Part shown: positions 34,424 to 45,146 of the stretch, one piece after another
Layout: the number at the start of each line of letters is the position of its first letter
Numbering within the stretch: position 1 is the stretch's first letter
Origin: a virus
Taxonomy: Duplodnaviria; Caudoviricetes
Length of the DNA stretch: 64,000 bases
Reading direction: 5' to 3' (one strand)
Virus record (IMG/VR): IMGVR_UViG_3300042453_004282
Coordinates: 228-64,227 of that record
Notes under the pieces: model-generated
Told to the model about the DNA's origin: nothing
The model's input: only the letters and a program-made list of their open reading frames with translations
Database searches by the model: none
Made by a program: the position numbers and the translations under genes

Positions 34424-37400
34424 ATGTCTATCAATTTACAGACTTCTCCCTACTACGACGATTTTTCCGAAGAGAAGAACTTTCACAGAATTCTCTTCAA
34501 GCCGGGATATGCCGTACAGGCGAGAGAGTTGACGCAATTACAGACAATTCTTCAAGAACAGATCAAGCGAGTTGGCAATCACATCTTCAAAGACGGATCG
34601 GTGGTCTTAGGGTGTGCTGAGACGTTTCAATTTGCGGTTCCGTATGTGAAGATTCTGCGAGAAGATCAGTTAGGTACAGTGATTGCTGATACCGCATTTC
34701 AATCGTTTGAGACGGCACTCGTTGGAGCCACGGTAACAAATGAAATTGGTGTATCCGCTACGTTGGTGTTGCTGTCTACCGATCCGAACGGTCAGCGCGT
34801 GTTGTATTTGAATTACCTCACTGCTGCGACGGATGGATCCGGTGAAACCGCGTTTTCTGCAAACGACATCCTGACGATTGTTGATCTGAATGGCACAACG
34901 CTGACGCGGCGTTTCGTGGTGGCTGCTGGAACCACAGCCGTTGGAATCGGTTCACTCTATCGGATCGATGACGGTATTGTGTATGCACAGGGAAATTTCA
35001 TCCGTCATACCGCGCAGACAAAAGTGCTGGACTATTTCAGTGGAACCCCCACTAAAAACGTAGGCTTTCGAATTCTCGAAGAAGGGGTGACCTCGGATGA
35101 CGATGTCACCTTACTAGACCCTGCTGCGGGTTCGTATAACTATGCAGCCCCCGGCGCAGATCGATACAAGCTTACCACGCAACTCGAATCATATGCGCCA
35201 AATGTGACCCCAGACAGCGGGTTCTATCTGTTATTTGTGGTGGCTGATGGTGCCGTGAAGAGAGCATTCAATAAGCCGCAATATGCCGAACTTCAAAAGG
35301 CACTAGCACAACGCACCTTCGACGAGTCAGGCAACTATACAGTATCTGGCCTGAATGTGATGGTGCGCGAACATCTGAAGACCGCCACGAACAACGGAAA
35401 GTACACGGCATCTCTCGGCGGAAATTCTTCCTTGCTGGTATATGGCGTTGAACCCGGTAAGGCGTATGTGGAAGGGTTTGAAGCCGATCTGAAGTCCACT
35501 GATTACCTAGAAGTCACCAAGGCCACAGACATCGCCACATTAGATGACAAGCTGATTAGCACGGCGTATGGAAACTATGTGCTCGTCAATACGGTCTTGG
35601 GTGACTGGGATTTAACGGATGCCTGTTTGGCCGTGAATTTGAAAGCGGGGTCAAATGTGATTGCAAAGGCCACCGTAGGTATGATTAAGTACCACAGCGG
35701 TTCTGTAGTGTCTGGCGTCTATCGCCTCTATCTACAGAATATTACGGTACAGGCGCCATATACAAGCGACGACCTTTCCACGATTACCACCATCACGGAC
35801 GAAGGAACAAATTCCTGCACGGTGTCTGGCACGTTCATGACGGAAGAGCCAACACTCGGCACTCTCATATTCCCTACGACGGCAAAGGCGGTGGTTGAAT
35901 ATGACACGAATTCCACGATCTACTTCTATTGGAAGAAGTGGAGTGGCAGTATCAATCCTTCCATCACGGTGTCTCTGACTGGCGCGGAAGAATGGCCACA
36001 GTCAGGCCCCCTGTCAGCGACAGACATCAAGGCAAATTTCATGGTGGTGAACAACAGCACGAACCAACCGGTAGACTTTACGACCAGTGGTTCATCGATT
36101 GTTATCACTGGCTCTTCCGCTACACTGACATTGGCGTCAGGGTCGGCGGCAAATCACACGGTGTATGGATTGGTTCGAATCAAGAACCAGAATGCGCTAA
36201 GTGTGTCCATTGAGCGTGGATGGTTGAAAGTAGATGGCACGACATTAACAGGACAAAGCGAAACGAACCTGTCGAATGGCGTCATCTACTTGGGTGTGTC
36301 AAATGCATACGATATCGAAGCCGTCTACGCCTACCCTTCATATACAGGACCGTCAGAGAATGCATTCCCAGCGACCGAGAACTTCACGGGGTGGACGGAT
36401 ATTACCGCATTCTGCAACCTCGTCAACAACCAGAACGACAACTATTACGACACTTCATTCATTCGGTACACGGGTGGCTTGGACTTGACTACGCAGAAGA
36501 TTGTGATCAAGTACCGGTATTTTCTGCGCTCGTCTAACAGCGGGTTCCTTAACAAAAATTCCTATGTTGGATGTTTGATTGACGCGGATCCACAGAATCC
36601 GACTACACCGCCGAGTGGCATGGAATACAAGTGGATTTACACCTATCAGCTACCCACATACAAAGTATCTGCCACGGGCATCAGTTATGATCTCCGGGAT
36701 GTGATTGACTTCAGACCATCAAAGGCGATTCGCGCTGGGTATAACGCAAACAGTTATGCCACCAGCCTCATCATGTCAGCCACACACAACCTTGCGACCA
36801 GCTTCCAGAGTGGCATCTACCACCCAGATCCTGACCGCGAATTAACGACGACCTTCTCATACAACCTTCCGCGCATCGACAAGGTAGTCTTGACTCGGGA
36901 TGGCGAATTCAAGGTATTGACCGGCATTTCTTCGTTGGAGCCACAAGCACCAAATGACGAAGCCCATGCCATGACGCTCTGTGAAGTGCATTTGGCGCCA
37001 TATCCGTCGTTGTCCACCTTTGTAGCAAAGACGACAGGGCGCGAAGATTACGCTTCGTTTGTGCGGCTTGTAGACAACCGCAGATTCACTATGCGAGATA
37101 TCGGAGATTTGGAGCAACGAATCAATCGGCTGGAATACTTCACCGCATTGTCTCTCATGGAAAATGCCGTGGCTAATTCAGCGATATTCGAAGATCCAAA
37201 CGACACGACCAGTGATTTGTTGGTGAAGAAGGGCATCTTAGTGGACAACTTTGATGGCCACGCTACGGGTAACATCTATAACGAAGAGTATGCGGCGGCG
37301 GTGGATGTGAAGACGAAGCAGTTGCGTCCATCGTTCACCTTGCAACATGTAGAGTTTGAACACTTGAGTGGCGGTCATCTGTCAGGGCAGTCCGTGTTGA

Positions 37401-40144
37401 CTGGCACTTCACACACTAGCACCACATTCATTCAAAATGCGATGGCGTCGAAGAGCCGAGTCTGCGGGAACGCAATCCTTGGCAATTACAAGAACGGAAT
37501 CCTTCAGTTAGATCCACCTCAAGACATGTGGATGGATACTGAAGTACGTCCTGATGTACAAGTAAACTATCAGGGAAGCAACGATGGATGGGAGTTTAGC
37601 GAAACCCCCTTTAACATTCACTGGAATGGATGGCAGACGGTCTGGCAGGGCGTGGACATCACCACCGTCGCAACAGTAACGATGGCGCCTACGGGAGTCA
37701 GCGAAATTCGCGGGTACAATGAATCTGCACAAGTCGTGAGCAATTTAACGCGCTCCATGATATTCTCTCAGCAACTGCCAAACAACAACTTGCGCACCGT
37801 TGGTGTAAAGGTGTTTGACATCTCGGTGGTGCCATTTATCCGGCATCAAGTCGTGACCTTTATGGCATCGGGGCTGCAACCAAATACGATTGTAAAGGCG
37901 TATTTTGATAACGAAGAGGTGTCTGATCACTGCCGGTATTTTGTGCTGCCAACTGGAACGACAGTCAGCGACCTTCGCGAGTTGCCAACGGCTGAACTGA
38001 TTTCTCAATATGAGACGGGTGCGACCCAATATGGCGACGATCTGGTAGTCAGCGCACAAGGGGAAATTGTTGGTCAATTCCTCATTCCAGAAAACACATT
38101 CAGAGCAGGTTCCAGAATTTTCAAGCTGGAAAATGCGGCGAGCACGACATTGGCAGCGGCGCAGTTTGTGGCGTCTGGCCTGTCTCAGATCAATGATGCC
38201 ACGATCTCATCCACCCGCTTCTCGGATGTGCGGCAAGATTCATTGAATCTGGTGCAAAACGCGGTCATTGATCGACTGATTCTCAACAATCCTAGCACCT
38301 TTGATGCGGCTTCGTATGGTGACCCGATGGCCCAGACCTTCATCGTAGAGGGTGAAGTGGATGGCGTGATGATCACGAAGGTTGACCTCTTTTTCAGAAA
38401 GAAGTCGTCATCAAAGAATATTACCATCCAACTGCGTGAAGTGGTAAATGGATATCCGGGGGGAAAAATTGTTCCTTTCAGCACGGTAACCCTTTCACCA
38501 TCTCAAGTCGCAGTTAGCGAAATTTCGGATGTGGCCACATCCTTTGTGTTCGAGACTCCGGTCTTCTTGAAAAACAATGTCGAGTATGCGATTGTTATCT
38601 TACCTGAAAATAATAACACGGCCTATGAAGTTTGGGTTTCCGAACTCGGGCAAAACACTCTCTTGACAGGTGATCGCATCACTCAAAATCCGTCTGTTGG
38701 TGTGCTGTTTATTCCGAACAACAACACGGCGTGGACTGCATTGGAAGCGGAAGATCTCAAATTCACCTTGTGGAAGGGCGTATTTTCCACAGCAGAAACA
38801 ACCGTCCTATTCAAGTCGGCGCCGATGGATTATTTGGCAATAGAAACGGAAAGCACACGAGCCCTAGTTCCGGGTGATGTGATGACCGTCTATTCCACAA
38901 TCACCGGCACAGAGGCTCCGCTTACAGGAACTATCACAGTGTCTGGCAACAGGGTAACGGGATCATCCACGAACTTCAATCTTGAGGTTTCGATTGGTGA
39001 TCGTCTTCGTGCCGTGCAGACTGGATTTACGGCAGCGGCGTTTGCCACCACGGAAATTACTGGAACCGGCTTTTCTACTCGTCTGCGCGCCAACGATGTG
39101 TTGTTTGATGGTGATACCTTCGTTGGCGTGATTGATACGGTCAACAGCGACACTGTGTTGACGCTGAAAGACGCCGCGCCAATCAGTGGATCGCTGGTGG
39201 ATCCTAAAGCACGGGTAATCGTTGGCATGGTGGCTGACATTGCAGCCACCGGAGAAGTGATCACGCTCGAAGAAAACTATCCAAACACGATGCCGTCCTC
39301 TGTTCAATATTTCAAGGATGCCTATGTTGGGCGAGGTATCGTAAAACATGTGTATGCAAATGAAGTGGCAGCATATGTCACAGACGGAGGATTTGCCGCC
39401 GACGATACCTTCATCATTCGCCCTGCCATTTCTGGGGAAGTGTCTGATGTTGAGTACACGATTGCGGATGTGCTGAATAAGCCAGTGTCTGCGCTTGCTC
39501 CAAATTTTGGTACGCTTACCTTGGCACCAACCGCTACGGTTGATTTGCGGTATCGTATGATGGACGACAGTGGAAATCTGGCAGCTTCGTATGCGCCGAT
39601 CAAAAACGGGGATACCTTGGAGTTGCATGATCCAGCCGTTGTCTATTCCTACTCAAATTTGATTAATGGCAATACCCACACGATGGAAATTCAGGCCAAG
39701 ATTCGTAGTACCAGCCCTTCGATCAGTCCCACCATCGACCTGAGAAAGAGTGGAGTGGCTACGGTGCATAATCTGATTGGATCGGTAGAAGACGCTGCCA
39801 CGGCGGTCTATATGACCAGAGCCGTTGCATTGGATGCCCCGGCAGATAATGTGCGCGTGTTCGTAGATGTGAAGCTTCCGGAAACAACCGAAATCAAGGT
39901 TTTTGCAAAGGTTCAATTAGTTGGAGACAATACGCCATTCAATGAACTGGATTGGGAGTATCAGTTGGAAGAATTTGTGAAGCTTCCAAGAAATCGCCAG
40001 TCATTCCAAGAATATACGTATTTCCTGCCGACCAGTGAATTGGGGTTCCAGTTCTCAAAGTTTGCAATCAAGATCGAAATGTACTCGGAAAATCCGTGTA
40101 AAGTGCCGCTTATCAAGAACTTCAGAGCGGTGGCCTTGATTTAA
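34424..40144 (+). CDS. Very large baseplate/tail structural protein (DUF4815/VrlC-like)
   Basis: PYYDDF...FHRILFKPG.AVQARELTQLQ, APGADR, RTFDESGNY, RFTMRDIG.LE.RI and DPMAQTF motifs. Confidence 0.8.
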   Translation: MSINLQTSPYYDDFSEEKNFHRILFKPGYAVQARELTQLQTILQEQIKRVGNHIFKDGSVVLGCAETFQFAVPYVKILREDQLGTVIADTAFQSFETALVGATVTNEIGVSATLVLLSTDPNGQRVLYLNYLTAATDGSGETAFSANDILTIVDLNGTTLTRRFVVAAGTTAVGIGSLYRIDDGIVYAQGNFIRHTAQTKVLDYFSGTPTKNVGFRILEEGVTSDDDVTLLDPAAGSYNYAAPGADRYKLTTQLESYAPNVTPDSGFYLLFVVADGAVKRAFNKPQYAELQKALAQRTFDESGNYTVSGLNVMVREHLKTATNNGKYTASLGGNSSLLVYGVEPGKAYVEGFEADLKSTDYLEVTKATDIATLDDKLISTAYGNYVLVNTVLGDWDLTDACLAVNLKAGSNVIAKATVGMIKYHSGSVVSGVYRLYLQNITVQAPYTSDDLSTITTITDEGTNSCTVSGTFMTEEPTLGTLIFPTTAKAVVEYDTNSTIYFYWKKWSGSINPSITVSLTGAEEWPQSGPLSATDIKANFMVVNNSTNQPVDFTTSGSSIVITGSSATLTLASGSAANHTVYGLVRIKNQNALSVSIERGWLKVDGTTLTGQSETNLSNGVIYLGVSNAYDIEAVYAYPSYTGPSENAFPATENFTGWTDITAFCNLVNNQNDNYYDTSFIRYTGGLDLTTQKIVIKYRYFLRSSNSGFLNKNSYVGCLIDADPQNPTTPPSGMEYKWIYTYQLPTYKVSATGISYDLRDVIDFRPSKAIRAGYNANSYATSLIMSATHNLATSFQSGIYHPDPDRELTTTFSYNLPRIDKVVLTRDGEFKVLTGISSLEPQAPNDEAHAMTLCEVHLAPYPSLSTFVAKTTGREDYASFVRLVDNRRFTMRDIGDLEQRINRLEYFTALSLMENAVANSAIFEDPNDTTSDLLVKKGILVDNFDGHATGNIYNEEYAAAVDVKTKQLRPSFTLQHVEFEHLSGGHLSGQSVLTGTSHTSTTFIQNAMASKSRVCGNAILGNYKNGILQLDPPQDMWMDTEVRPDVQVNYQGSNDGWEFSETPFNIHWNGWQTVWQGVDITTVATVTMAPTGVSEIRGYNESAQVVSNLTRSMIFSQQLPNNNLRTVGVKVFDISVVPFIRHQVVTFMASGLQPNTIVKAYFDNEEVSDHCRYFVLPTGTTVSDLRELPTAELISQYETGATQYGDDLVVSAQGEIVGQFLIPENTFRAGSRIFKLENAASTTLAAAQFVASGLSQINDATISSTRFSDVRQDSLNLVQNAVIDRLILNNPSTFDAASYGDPMAQTFIVEGEVDGVMITKVDLFFRKKSSSKNITIQLREVVNGYPGGKIVPFSTVTLSPSQVAVSEISDVATSFVFETPVFLKNNVEYAIVILPENNNTAYEVWVSELGQNTLLTGDRITQNPSVGVLFIPNNNTAWTALEAEDLKFTLWKGVFSTAETTVLFKSAPMDYLAIETESTRALVPGDVMTVYSTITGTEAPLTGTITVSGNRVTGSSTNFNLEVSIGDRLRAVQTGFTAAAFATTEITGTGFSTRLRANDVLFDGDTFVGVIDTVNSDTVLTLKDAAPISGSLVDPKARVIVGMVADIAATGEVITLEENYPNTMPSSVQYFKDAYVGRGIVKHVYANEVAAYVTDGGFAADDTFIIRPAISGEVSDVEYTIADVLNKPVSALAPNFGTLTLAPTATVDLRYRMMDDSGNLAASYAPIKNGDTLELHDPAVVYSYSNLINGNTHTMEIQAKIRSTSPSISPTIDLRKSGVATVHNLIGSVEDAATAVYMTRAVALDAPADNVRVFVDVKLPETTEIKVFAKVQLVGDNTPFNELDWEYQLEEFVKLPRNRQSFQEYTYFLPTSELGFQFSKFAIKIEMYSENPCKVPLIKNFRAVALI

Positions 40145-40314
40145 TGAACGAATTTATTCGCGACACCGAATCGAAGGCGATTATAAATACCAATACCAAA
40201 GAGATTCATGCGAGGCGGCAATACAAGCAGCTAAAAGCTCGAATAGTCGCATTGGAACAAGAAATCGCCGCGCTGAAAACCCAAATACAAACTCTCATTT
40301 CCTCTAGAGGATAA
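40144..40314 (+). CDS. Small coiled-coil protein (56 aa)
   Basis: TAATG overlap; MNEFIRDTESKAIINTN... Confidence 0.6.
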   Translation: MNEFIRDTESKAIINTNTKEIHARRQYKQLKARIVALEQEIAALKTQIQTLISSRG

Positions 40315-40315
40315 A

Positions 40316-41278
40316 ATGGCAACATTAACACTGCGTCAAACTTCTCCAGCCACTGGAACAAACAAAGGATCCCCACTCACAAACGCCGAAGTTGACGAAA
40401 ACTTCAAAAGCCTAGATGCGGCGAAGGTGGAAAAGTCTGGCGACACGATGACGGGGCGCCTAATTTTAGCGGCTGGAACGGCGACTGTTGCCCCTTTACA
40501 GCTTCAAACAGGAACTTCGTTAACGACGGCTCTGGCTGGGAGTGTAGAATTTGACGGCACTCGGCTGTATTTTACTCCGTCTTCTTCTCGCAAAACGATT
40601 GCGTTTTTGGATGATAATATCACTGGAAAATCAGCCGGGTGGACAACCCCCAGAACCCTGACCTTGGATGGCGATGTCTCTGGCTCGGTCGTCATTGACG
40701 GCACCGAGGACGAGACTTTAACGGTATCGATTAACGCAAATGCAGTGCAACTCGGCGCTGATACGACTGGAAATTATGTAGCCACCATCACCGGCACAGA
40801 AAATCAGATCACCGTCACGAACGGCAGCATGGAAGGCGGTGCGGTGACACTGCAAACACCACAGGATATCAATACAGACAGCGATGTCGAGTTTGGTTCC
40901 CTGTTGCTTGGATCTGCTACCTTTCCGAGTACCCCGGTGGCTGGTCAACTTCGTGCGTCTGACGACATCGTAGCATATTCTTCATCAGATGCCTCACTGA
41001 AGACGGATGTTTCCATTATCCCAGACGCCTTAGCAAAGGTCAGGGCGCTGCGCGGCGTCATGTTTACATGGGACGCCAGCCAAGTACATTTGCATGGCCA
41101 TGAAGGCCGCGACACAGGCGTAATCGCCCAAGATGTCGCAGCAGTTCTACCAGAAGTCGTGACGCAACGCGACAACGGTGTAATGGCTGTTCGCTATGAG
41201 AAGATGATGGGTCTACTCATCGAAGCTGTCAAGGAACTCGACGCAAAATTGTCTGCTTGCACTTGCCAGTGCAAGTAA
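40316..41278 (+). CDS. Tail fibre protein with C-terminal intramolecular chaperone (peptidase S74) domain
   Basis: KGSPLTNAEVDENF at the N-terminus; SSD..LK...GVIAQDV..VLPEVV...VRYEK..GLLIEA.KEL. Confidence 0.85.
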   Translation: MATLTLRQTSPATGTNKGSPLTNAEVDENFKSLDAAKVEKSGDTMTGRLILAAGTATVAPLQLQTGTSLTTALAGSVEFDGTRLYFTPSSSRKTIAFLDDNITGKSAGWTTPRTLTLDGDVSGSVVIDGTEDETLTVSINANAVQLGADTTGNYVATITGTENQITVTNGSMEGGAVTLQTPQDINTDSDVEFGSLLLGSATFPSTPVAGQLRASDDIVAYSSSDASLKTDVSIIPDALAKVRALRGVMFTWDASQVHLHGHEGRDTGVIAQDVAAVLPEVVTQRDNGVMAVRYEKMMGLLIEAVKELDAKLSACTCQCK

Positions 41279-41313
41279 TCGCTGCATCTGCTCCCCTACT
41301 CTAGGACTCGAAT

Positions 41314-43491
41314 ATGTGTACTGAATGGTTTGCATATAATGCGCACCCAGCCGATCAAAACAGCATCCTCTATACGGACTGTTTTGATAATGTTGTGGTG
41401 GCATATGTCAATCCCATGGAGACGGCTACGATTTGTGCAAAATCGGGGCTCACCCCACAATGGAATTTTTCACCATATTCTGGGTCTCAGCTATACGACA
41501 CTTCCGTCAGTTGCACGGGTATCACGACAACAACTAGCACAGCAGCCCCAACCACGACAACCACGACAACGGCAGCGCCAACAGCCACATTCCGCTATAG
41601 CTTTGACACAGCAACGGCTGCATGGCCGGGTAACGGCGAGATGAATTTTGACTCGAACATCAGTTCGAGTATTACATACACTCGCCTTGATTACCTAGAT
41701 TACTATGGTAATGACATCAGTTCCTATTTGCGCACAATTCCATCAAGCGGCTCAATCACGGTACAGAGCGTAAGCAATCCTACTAACCTTGCTGCATTCA
41801 ATATTACCGGGGCGTATTATGATGAACCTTCACAAACCGCCCTTGCTACGTTTATGTCGTATGTCAGTGGATTCACTGCCTTTTCAGACGGCGAGCTAGT
41901 CGATATCACATTACCAATTTCAGGGCCACCCCCGTCTACAACGACGACGACCACTGAAGCGCCGACGACAACGACGACCACTGAAGCGCCGACTACAACA
42001 ACGACTACAGGTGGACCTACAACAACGACGACGGCAGCCCCGTGCTATACCGCATCGTATATCTTGTTAGGCCCATACTCCACAATTGAAGAAGCGTGTT
42101 ATCCCACCGTATTTCCTACAGTGAATTTATATGCAAGCGGAAGCTTGATTTTTGCCGATGCAAATTGCACCACTGGGGCAGCGACTGGCTATTATTCTGG
42201 TGATGGGGACTACTATTTGGTAGAACCCGGTTCTCCATATCCATATAGTTTGATGGTTCCAACCCCGTGCGCAGCAACGACTACGACGACAACTACTGCC
42301 GCACCGACAACGACCACAACAACTACTGCTGCGCCGACAACGACCACAACAACTACTGCTGCGCCGACTACGACCACAACAACTACTGCTGCGCCGACTA
42401 CAACGACAACCACTGAAGCGCCGACTACGACGACAACTACCACTGCTGCGCCGACTACGACGACAACTACCACTGCCGCTCCATCCGCATCTCTTCCGTT
42501 CGAAAACATTTCAATCGTGGCAGTAGTAAATCATAAAGGCCAATTGCTTGGTGGTTATTCTGCTATTCCGGGTCAATCCTATTCATTGAAGGTTATTTCT
42601 CAAGACGGAGACCCAAATGCCACACCACAAAATATCAATACACTAAGCGCGCTTCGTCCAGACACGATTGCTCCACATAGCCTTAGTGAATTTCGTGGTT
42701 ACAATCATTATACATCTTCAGGAACAACGACCACAACGTCATCAACCACATCAACGACCACTACGGCAGCGCCTGTAGAGACCACAACCTCAACAACTTC
42801 AACCACATCAACGACCACTACGGCAGCGCCTGTAGAGACTACAACCTCTACTACATCAACGACCACTACGGCAGCGCCTGTAGAGACTACAACCTCTACT
42901 ACATCAACGACATCGACCACAACAACGACATCTACGACTTCAACAACGTCAACGACCTCAACAACTACACTTGGTTGTGTTGAGGTGTACACCCTGTCAG
43001 GTCCATTCGGAACAAGCTCTGAAGCCTGTGCAGCATTTGATGCGGCTGATGTCACCCTATACTACTCCGGTGGAGCATATTGGACAAACAACACCTGTAG
43101 TAATGCCTTCACAGGAACCGGGTACTACTTGGTTGATGGAACCGATCCAAATGAAGTAGTAGAGTTTGTCAGTGGGTCGCTGATTAGCGGACCAACGGTA
43201 TGTGGGTCCACGTCCACGACAACATCTACCACATCTACCAGCACCACGACCACGCTGACATGCGCATCAACGAATTACTTGGGATCTAACGTCATTGCAG
43301 CGTATACCGGTGCTTGCAGCCAAACCTTGAACCTCCCGGTGTACAGCAGTTCGACTGGGTTGCAATTAGGTGATTACATCTTCCAAGGCATTAACTGCAC
43401 CTCTCCATATGACGGCGTCTTCACCGATAACTCAAATGTCATCACCGTCAGTGGCGGTCTGATCACAAATCTCACTCCATGTGATGTATAA
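41314..43491 (+). CDS. Mucin-like Thr-rich modular structural protein
   Basis: Multiple TTTTTAAP/TTSTTS tracts separating Cys-containing modules. Confidence 0.8.
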   Translation: MCTEWFAYNAHPADQNSILYTDCFDNVVVAYVNPMETATICAKSGLTPQWNFSPYSGSQLYDTSVSCTGITTTTSTAAPTTTTTTTAAPTATFRYSFDTATAAWPGNGEMNFDSNISSSITYTRLDYLDYYGNDISSYLRTIPSSGSITVQSVSNPTNLAAFNITGAYYDEPSQTALATFMSYVSGFTAFSDGELVDITLPISGPPPSTTTTTTEAPTTTTTTEAPTTTTTTGGPTTTTTAAPCYTASYILLGPYSTIEEACYPTVFPTVNLYASGSLIFADANCTTGAATGYYSGDGDYYLVEPGSPYPYSLMVPTPCAATTTTTTTAAPTTTTTTTAAPTTTTTTTAAPTTTTTTTAAPTTTTTTEAPTTTTTTTAAPTTTTTTTAAPSASLPFENISIVAVVNHKGQLLGGYSAIPGQSYSLKVISQDGDPNATPQNINTLSALRPDTIAPHSLSEFRGYNHYTSSGTTTTTSSTTSTTTTAAPVETTTSTTSTTSTTTTAAPVETTTSTTSTTTTAAPVETTTSTTSTTSTTTTTSTTSTTSTTSTTTLGCVEVYTLSGPFGTSSEACAAFDAADVTLYYSGGAYWTNNTCSNAFTGTGYYLVDGTDPNEVVEFVSGSLISGPTVCGSTSTTTSTTSTSTTTTLTCASTNYLGSNVIAAYTGACSQTLNLPVYSSSTGLQLGDYIFQGINCTSPYDGVFTDNSNVITVSGGLITNLTPCDV

Positions 43492-43494
43492 ATA
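43487..43494 (+). promoter_or_regulatory. T4-type late promoter for the glycosyltransferase cluster
   Basis: TATAAATA; another copy at 44440-44447. Confidence 0.7.
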
Positions 43495-43554
43495 ACCTGT
43501 GGCTGATGGCATACGTTTGCCATAGATCATATCATACATTTTCGTGGAGTCATT

Positions 43555-44493
43555 ATGAGAACATTACGGTACGTATCGGCTCAACCTGCCATTGATTACT
43601 ACACATGGCAGGTTGAAGTCATGATCAACAATTTCATCAAGAACGGCGTCAACCCGAATAACATCGACATCGTGTGCGCGATCAAAAACGGCGAAATTCC
43701 CGAAAAGTGGAAGAAGCTGGCCGCGCATTATAACTTCGTCCGATTCTTCTTTTACAACGACGAGCGCGTCAACCCGATCTATATCTCGTCTGTTCGCCCC
43801 CACATCCTCAAGCAACATTTCGCCGCGCACCCAGAGTTAAAGAATGACGCGATCTTCTATCACGACTGTGACATCATTCTAACGAAGCCGGTCTCATGGA
43901 ATCATCTCCTCGACGATGATATGTGGTATTTGAGTGACACGCGCTTTTACATCGCCGCTTCGTATATCAAGAGCAAGAAATTTGGCGTCTATGAAGAGAT
44001 GTGCAAGATCATCGGGATTGATGAAGCCATCCCAGAGGAAAACGAAATGCACAGCGGCGGCGCACAATATTTGATGAAGAACATCGACGCCGCGTTCTGG
44101 GAAAAAGTGGAAGACGATTGTAACAAACTCTATCAGTTCTTCTTGGATCACCTCAAGGAACACCCGCAAACGTCAGAGTATCATCCCATTCAAAAGTGGA
44201 CCGCCGACATGTGGGCCGTACTATGGAATGGATGGTATTTCAACCATACCGTGAAGGTCGTGCCGGAAATGGAATTTGCGTGGCCTGTGCATGGTCTGGA
44301 TATGTGGACCAAGTGCAATATTCTGCACAATGCTGGGGTACTAGACTCTGATGCGTCTCGTATGTTCTTCAAGGGGCATTACATCAACAAGCTGCCGTAT
44401 GGCATGTCCACGGAGTCTTTTAACCAGTCGCTGTGCAGCTATAAATATGTGCAAGAGATCATGGAAACCGCTGCCAAGAGTTGCTTGACATGA
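43555..44493 (+). CDS. Putative GT-A glycosyltransferase
   Basis: YHDCDII (DxD), GGAQY, WTADMWA and ILHNAG motifs. Confidence 0.6.
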   Translation: MRTLRYVSAQPAIDYYTWQVEVMINNFIKNGVNPNNIDIVCAIKNGEIPEKWKKLAAHYNFVRFFFYNDERVNPIYISSVRPHILKQHFAAHPELKNDAIFYHDCDIILTKPVSWNHLLDDDMWYLSDTRFYIAASYIKSKKFGVYEEMCKIIGIDEAIPEENEMHSGGAQYLMKNIDAAFWEKVEDDCNKLYQFFLDHLKEHPQTSEYHPIQKWTADMWAVLWNGWYFNHTVKVVPEMEFAWPVHGLDMWTKCNILHNAGVLDSDASRMFFKGHYINKLPYGMSTESFNQSLCSYKYVQEIMETAAKSCLT

Positions 44494-45146
44494 AAATTTA
44501 TGACTACATAGATGGAGCCTTGTACATCAATCTCAACTATCGCGTCGATAGAAAAGAGAGAGTGGAACAGCGGTGTGCTGAGTTGCAAATCCCCGTAGAG
44601 CGGTTCGACGCCATCCAGTTATCCTTGGCGACTATCGATAACCCGTATAACGACCCGGCATGGCACAAAAAAATGGGATGCACGGAATCGCACTTCGCAT
44701 GCATACGGCTTGCCCAATCGCGAGGATGGAAAAATGTATGGATCATGGAAGATGACGTAAAGTTCTCTCCATCCTTTGCTGAACAGGCGCCGCGAATTAT
44801 TAATGAATTGCGTTCTTTGGAATGGGACATGTTTTTCTTTGGGGGTGAGCCAAACAGAAAAGTGATTCCCCATTCAGATCTTTTGGTGAAAACGAATGGT
44901 GTGTATGGCGCACATTCCTACCTCGTCAATCACACCTTCTATGACAAGATCTTGTCTACCCCGACGACCAATAGATTACTGGACATCATTTACTTGAATT
45001 ACAACGAACACGACAAGGTCTTTTACTTGAGCAAAGATTTGTTGTGTCTTCAAGACGGAGATTTCGAATCTGATCTATGGGGTGGCAAGGTCAACCGAGA
45101 TGATCTGTATGATAACGCTTACAACCTTTATGTGCGGGGTGTATAA
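44490..45146 (+). CDS. Glycosyltransferase family 25-like
   Basis: YINL..R.DR, RFDA, GC..SH, IMEDD and GAHSY motifs. Confidence 0.85.
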   Translation: MKIYDYIDGALYINLNYRVDRKERVEQRCAELQIPVERFDAIQLSLATIDNPYNDPAWHKKMGCTESHFACIRLAQSRGWKNVWIMEDDVKFSPSFAEQAPRIINELRSLEWDMFFFGGEPNRKVIPHSDLLVKTNGVYGAHSYLVNHTFYDKILSTPTTNRLLDIIYLNYNEHDKVFYLSKDLLCLQDGDFESDLWGGKVNRDDLYDNAYNLYVRGV

